Source: Pristiophorus japonicus (Eukaryota). Taken from it: a stretch of 64,000 nt of DNA. The translations under genes and the position numbers were made by a program. The notes beneath the pieces are model-generated. The model saw nothing but the letters and a program-made list of their open reading frames with translations. It searched no databases and had not been told where the DNA came from. Numbering within the stretch: the first letter of the stretch is position 1; each line of letters begins with the position of its first letter. Where the stretch lies: assembly GCF_044704955.1 (NCBI RefSeq), contig NC_091989.1:104718001-104782000 (forward strand), given 5' to 3'. Below are positions 58,778 to 64,000 of the stretch, one piece after another.

Positions 58778-61700
58778 ACATAGTAACAGAGAAAATAGGT
58801 ACAGGAGTAGGCCATTCAGCCCTTCGAGCCTGCACCTCCATTCAATAAGATCATGGCTGATCATTCACCCTTTCCTGCTTTCTCTCCATAGCCCTTGATC
58901 CCTTTAGCCGTAAGGGCCATAACTAACTCCCTCTTGAATATATATAATGAACTGGCGTCAACAACTCTCTGCAGTAGAGAATTCCACAGATTAACAACTC
59001 TTTGAGTGAAGAAGTTTCTCCTCATCTCAGTGCTAAATGGCTTACACCTTATCCTTAGACTGTGTCCCCTGGTACTGGACTTACCCAACATCGGGAACAT
59101 TCTTCCCACATCTAACCTGTCCGGTCCCGTCAGAATTTTAATTGTTTCCATGAAATCCCCTCTCATCCTTCTAAACTGCAATGAATACAGGCCCAGTCGA
59201 TCCAGTTTCTCCTCATATGTCAGTCCTGCCATCCCGAAATCAGACTGGTGAACCTTCGCTGCACTCCCTCAATAGCAAGAACATCCTTCCTCAGATTAGG
59301 AGACCAAAACTATTCCAGATGAGGCCTCACCAAGGCCCTGTACAACTGCAGTAAGACCTCCCTGCTCCTATACTCAAATCCCCTAGCTATGAAGGCCAAC
59401 ATACCATTTGCCTTCTTCACCGCCTGCTGTACCTGCATGCCAACTTTCAATGACTGATGTACCATGACACCCAGGTCTCGTTGCACCTCCTCTTTTCCTA
59501 ATCCGCTGCCATTCAGATAATATTCTGCCTTCGTGTTTTTGCCACCAAAGTGGATAACCTCACATTTATCCACATAATACTGCATCTGCCATGCATTTAC
59601 CCACTCACCTAACCTGTCCAAGTCACCCTGCAGCCTCTTAGCGTCCTCCTCACAGCTCACACTGCCACCCAACTTAGTGTCATCTGCAAACTTGGAGATA
59701 TTACACTCAATCCCTTCATCTAAATTATTAATGTATATTGTAAGTAGCTGGGGTCCCAGCACGGAGCCCTGCGGCACTCCACTAGTTACTGACTGCCATT
59801 CTGAAAAGGACCCGTTTATCCCGACTCTCTGCTTCCTGTCTGCCAGCCAGTTCTCTATCTACGTCAGTACATTACCCCCAATACCATGTGATTTAATTTG
59901 CACATCAATCTCTTGTGTGGGACCTTGTCAAAAGCCTTTTGAAAGTACAAATACACCACATCTACTGGTTCTCCCTTCTCCACTCTACAAGCTACATCCT
60001 CAAAAAATTCTAGAAGATTTGTTAAGCATGATTTTCCTTTCATAAATCCATGCTGACTTGGACCGATCCTGTCACTGCTTTCCAAATGCACTGCTATTTC
60101 ATCTTTAATAATTGATTCCAACATTTTCCCCACTACCGATGTCAGGCTAACCAGTCTATATTTACCCGTTCACTCTCTCCCTCCTTTTTTAAAAAGTGGT
60201 GTTACATTAGCTACCCTCCAGTCCATAGGAACTGATCCAGAGTCGATAGACTGCTGGAAAATGATCACCAATGCATCCACTATTTCTAGGGCCACTTCCT
60301 TAAGTACTCTGGGATGCAGACTATCAGGCCCCGGGCCTTCAATCCCTTCAACTTCCCCAACACCTTCAGGGGAGGGGAACCAGTGAGTGTAGAACGGAAC
60401 TCAGCCTGAGTCAGCACCTTCAGGGGAGAGAACCAGTGAGTGCAGAGCAAAATCATGGGCTGCAGGATGATATCAATCTACTGGTCAGGTGGGCAGAGCA
60501 GTGGCAAATGGAATTTGATTCAGTGAAGGGTGAGGCGATACACTTTGGGAGGGCTAATAAGAAAAGGGTATACACATTAAGCGGCAGGCCACTTAATAAT
60601 GTAGATGAACAAAGGGACCTTGGAATGCTTGTCCACAGAGCCCCGAAAGTAACAGGCCAGGTAGATAAGGTGGTTAAGAAGGCAAACAGAACGCTTGCCT
60701 TTATTGGCTGAGGCATAAAATATAAGAGCAGGGAGCTTATGCTTAAATTGTATAATACTTTGGTTAGGCCACAGTTGGAGTACTGCCTGCAGCTCTGGTC
60801 CCATATTATAGAAAGGACGTGATTGCACTAGAGAGGGTGCAGAGGAGATTTACTAGCATGCTGCCTGGAGTGGAGAATCTTAGTTGTGAGGACAGATTGG
60901 ATAGGCTGGGTTTGTTCTCATTGGAACACAGGAGGATGAGAGGAGACCTCATTGAGGTGTTCAAAATATTGAGGGTCCTGGACATAGTGGATAGTAAGGG
61001 TCTATTGCATTGGTGGAGGGGTCTATTATGGGGTATAGTTTTAAGGTGGTTGGTGGAAGGTTTAGAGGGGATTTGAGGGGTGGGGCTTCTTTACGCAGAG
61101 GGTTGTGAGGATCTGGAACTCGCTGCCTGGAGTGTAGAATGTTTCAGTATAAGGGGTGTCACAGTTATGGTGAGGCAGGTGCTCTTTGTCTTTCCGTCAT
61201 TGTTCATAGGTTTATATGTAACATTTAGGGCTGCTGACCAAGGGCCATGTGGCTCTTTGTCGGCCGGCGCGGATACGATGGGCCGAAATGGCCTCCTTCT
61301 GCGCTGTAAATTTCTATGTTTCTATGTTTCTAACACAATTTCCCACCGAATAATGATTTCCTTCAGTTCCTCCTTCTCACTAGACCCTCGGTCCCCTAGT
61401 ATTTCTGGAAGGTTATTTATGTCTTCCTTCGAGAAGACAGAACTAAAGTATTTGTTCAACTGGTCTGCTATTTCTTTGATCCCGATTATAAATTCACCTG
61501 AATCTGACTGCAAGGGATCTACATTTGTCTTCACTAATCTTTTTCTCTTCACATATTTATAGAAGCTTTTGCAGTCAGTTTTTAAATTCCCAGCAAGCTT
61601 CCTCTCATACTCTATTTTCCCCCTCCTAATTAAACGCTTTGTCCTCCTCTGCTGAATTCTAAATTTCTCCCAGTCCTCAGGTTTGCTGCTTTTTCTGGCC

Positions 61701-62910
61701 AATTTATATGCCTCTATCTTGGATTTAACGCTATCCTTAATTTCCCTTGTTAGCCACGGTTGAGCCACATTTCCCGTTTTATTATTACACTAGACAGGGA
61801 TGTACAGTTGTTGAAGTTCATCCATGTGATCCTTAAATGTTTGCCATTGCCTATCCATCATCAATCCTTTAAGTATCATTCGCCAGTCTTTTCTAGCCAA
61901 TTCACGTCTCGAAGTTACCTTCCCTTAAGATCAGGACACTAGTCTCTGAATCAACTATGTCACTCCCCATCTTAATAAAGAATTCTACCATATTATGGTC
62001 ACTCTTCCACAAGGGGCCTCACACAACAAGATTGTTAGTAAGTCCTTTCTCATTACATATCACCCAGTCTAAGATGGCCAGCCCTCTAGTTGGTTCCTCG
62101 ACATATTGGTCTAGAAAACCATCTCTAATACACTCCAAGAAATCCTCCTCCACCGTATTGCTACCAATTTGGTTAGCCCAATCTATATGTAGATTAAAGT
62201 CGCCCATGATAACTGCTGTACCTTTATTGCACGCATCCCTAATTTCTTGTTTGATGCTGTCCCCAACCTCACTACTACTGTTTGGAGGTCTGTACACAAC
62301 TCCGACTAGCATTTTCTGGCCTTTGGTATTCCGTAGCTCCACCCATACAGATTCCACATCATCCAAGCTAACGTCCTTCCTTACTATTATGTTAATTTCC
62401 TCTTTAACCAGCAACGCTACCCCGTCTCCTTTTCCTATCTATCCATCCCTCCTGAATGTTGAATACCCCTGGATGTTGAGTTCCCAGCCTTGGTCACCCG
62501 GAGCCATATCTCCATGATGCCAATTATATCATATTCGTTAATTGCTGCCTGCTCAGTTAATTCGTCCACCTTATTACGAATACTCCTCGCATTGAAGCAC
62601 AGAGCCTTCAGGCTTGTCTTTTTAACACAATTTGTCCCTTTAGAATTTTGCTGTAATGTGGTCATTTTTGATTTTTGCCTTGGGTTTCTCTGCCCTCCAC
62701 TTTTACTTTTCTTCTTTCTATCTTTTGCTTATGCCCCCATTCTACTTCCCTCTGTCTCCCTGCATAGGTTCCCATACCCCTGCCATACTAGTTTAACCCC
62801 TCCCCAACAGCACTAGCAAACACTCCCCCTAGGACATTGGTTCTGGTACTGCCCAGGTACAGACCGAGAGGTTTGTACTGGTCCCACCTTCCCCAGAATC
62901 GGTTCCAATG
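58778..62910 (-). mobile_element. CR1 LINE (EN+RT, degenerate) nested in the second Gypsy
   Basis: ORF fragments 58861-60133 and 61322-62665; 3' tail at ~58780. Confidence 0.9.
60364..61331 (+). mobile_element. Internally deleted CR1-type element nested in the CR1
   Basis: Duplicated head caccttcagggga..aaccagtgagtg joined directly to the RT C-terminus; (TTTCTATG)n tail; AACAC at both junctions. Confidence 0.75.
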
Positions 62911-64000
62911 TAGTTTTCTGTGCCTAGCCTGTGGTGAATTACATAGTTATATGCAGACAGCGTGATCGCCCATGTTTGGATGCGAGCAGAGGCATTGGTA
63001 TTAATATCTTTCCTCTCTGAGAATAGCGATATGAGCGGCTTATGGTCAGTTTCTAACTCGAACTTAAGCCCAAACAGATATTGGTGCATTTTTTTCACCC
63101 CATAAACGCATGCCAGAGTTTCTTTTTCAATCATGCTGTTGGCACTTTTGGCCTTGGACAAACTCCTGGACCATTAGCGACCGGTTGCAATGTTCCCGAT
63201 TCCGTTGCTTGTTGTAACACACACCCGACCCTGTAAGAAAACGCATCGCAAGCTAACGCTAAGCATTTACATGGGTCATACAGAATAAGCAGTTTGTTGG
63301 AACATAACAGATTTCTGGCTTTCTTAAATGCAGTCCCTTGTGATTTCCCCCATATCCACTCATCTCCCTTGCATAGCAACACATGTAGAGGTTCTAGCAA
63401 TGTGCTTAACCCGGGTAGGAAATTACCAAAATAATTGAGGAGTCCCAGAAACGACCGCAGCTCCATCACGTTCTGTGGTCTCGGTGCATTCTTGATGGCC
63501 TCCGTCTTGGCATCGGTGGGTCTGATGCCATCTGCCGCGATTCTTCTTCCTAAGAACTCGACCTCTGGGGCCAGGAAAACACACTTCGAGCGTTTCAACC
63601 TGAGTCCCACATGATCTAGCCAACTTAGAACCTCTTCCAGGTTCTGCAAGTGTTCGATGGTGTCCTGACCTGTGATCAATATGTCGGCTTGGAAAACCAC
63701 GGTGCATGGAACCGCCTTTAGCAGGCTCTCCATGTTCCTTTCAAAAATAGCCGCAGCTGATTGAATCCCAAACGGGCATCTTTTGTAGATGAACAGACCT
63801 TTGTACGTGTTGATGCAGGTGAGGCCTTTTGAAGATTCCACCAGCTCCTGCATCATGTAAGCCGAGGTCAGGTCCAACTTGGTGAACGTCTTCCCTCCTG
63901 CCAGCGTCACAAATAGATCGTCTGCCTTGGGTAGCGGGTACTGGTCCTGCAGCGAAAAACGGTTAATCGTTACTTTATAGCCCCCACACATTCTGACCTT

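Larger units (their letters stand above)
57414..64000 (-). mobile_element. Second Gypsy element (3' LTR 57414-57627, INT/RH/RT), runs off the window end
   Basis: LTR TGTTATG...CATAACA followed by a purine tract on minus; integrase (HPGIV.MK..ARSHVWWPGID), RT/RNaseH ORF 63131..63991. Confidence 0.92.

Overview
Eukaryotic, repeat-rich vertebrate DNA. The repeat set (CR1/HER1-type LINEs, DeuSINE/SacSINE-type SINEs, L2, RTE, small-LTR Gypsy) points to a cartilaginous fish (inference). Two host genes lie on the minus strand. (1) A complete 13-exon OGFOD1 gene (ribosomal uS12/RPS23 prolyl-3-hydroxylase), CDS 38417->13011, 1653 nt / 550 aa by manual splicing, with all introns GT-AG, consistent phases and intact catalytic residues. 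(2) The 5' part (leader exon plus one exon encoding a germline-joined VJ-type Ig domain) of an NKp30/NCR3-like immunoglobulin-superfamily receptor at 2726-3407; its remaining exons were not identified and probably lie beyond the window start. Most other sequence is transposable elements. These include a full-length Gypsy LTR element with paired LTRs and TSD that carries a nested near-full-length CR1 with a 67-bp tandem TATA-monomer 5' UTR, a second Gypsy inside a four-level nest, solo LTRs, Harbinger-, hAT- and Tigger-like MITEs, an LF-SINE-like relic and a possible piggyBac fossil. The most notable points are the short (IgNAR-like Cys spacing) VJ domain with an embedded RSS-like motif, and its linkage to OGFOD1 in place of the NUDT21/BBS2 neighbours known from mammals. 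No CRISPR, rRNA or tRNA genes were supported.
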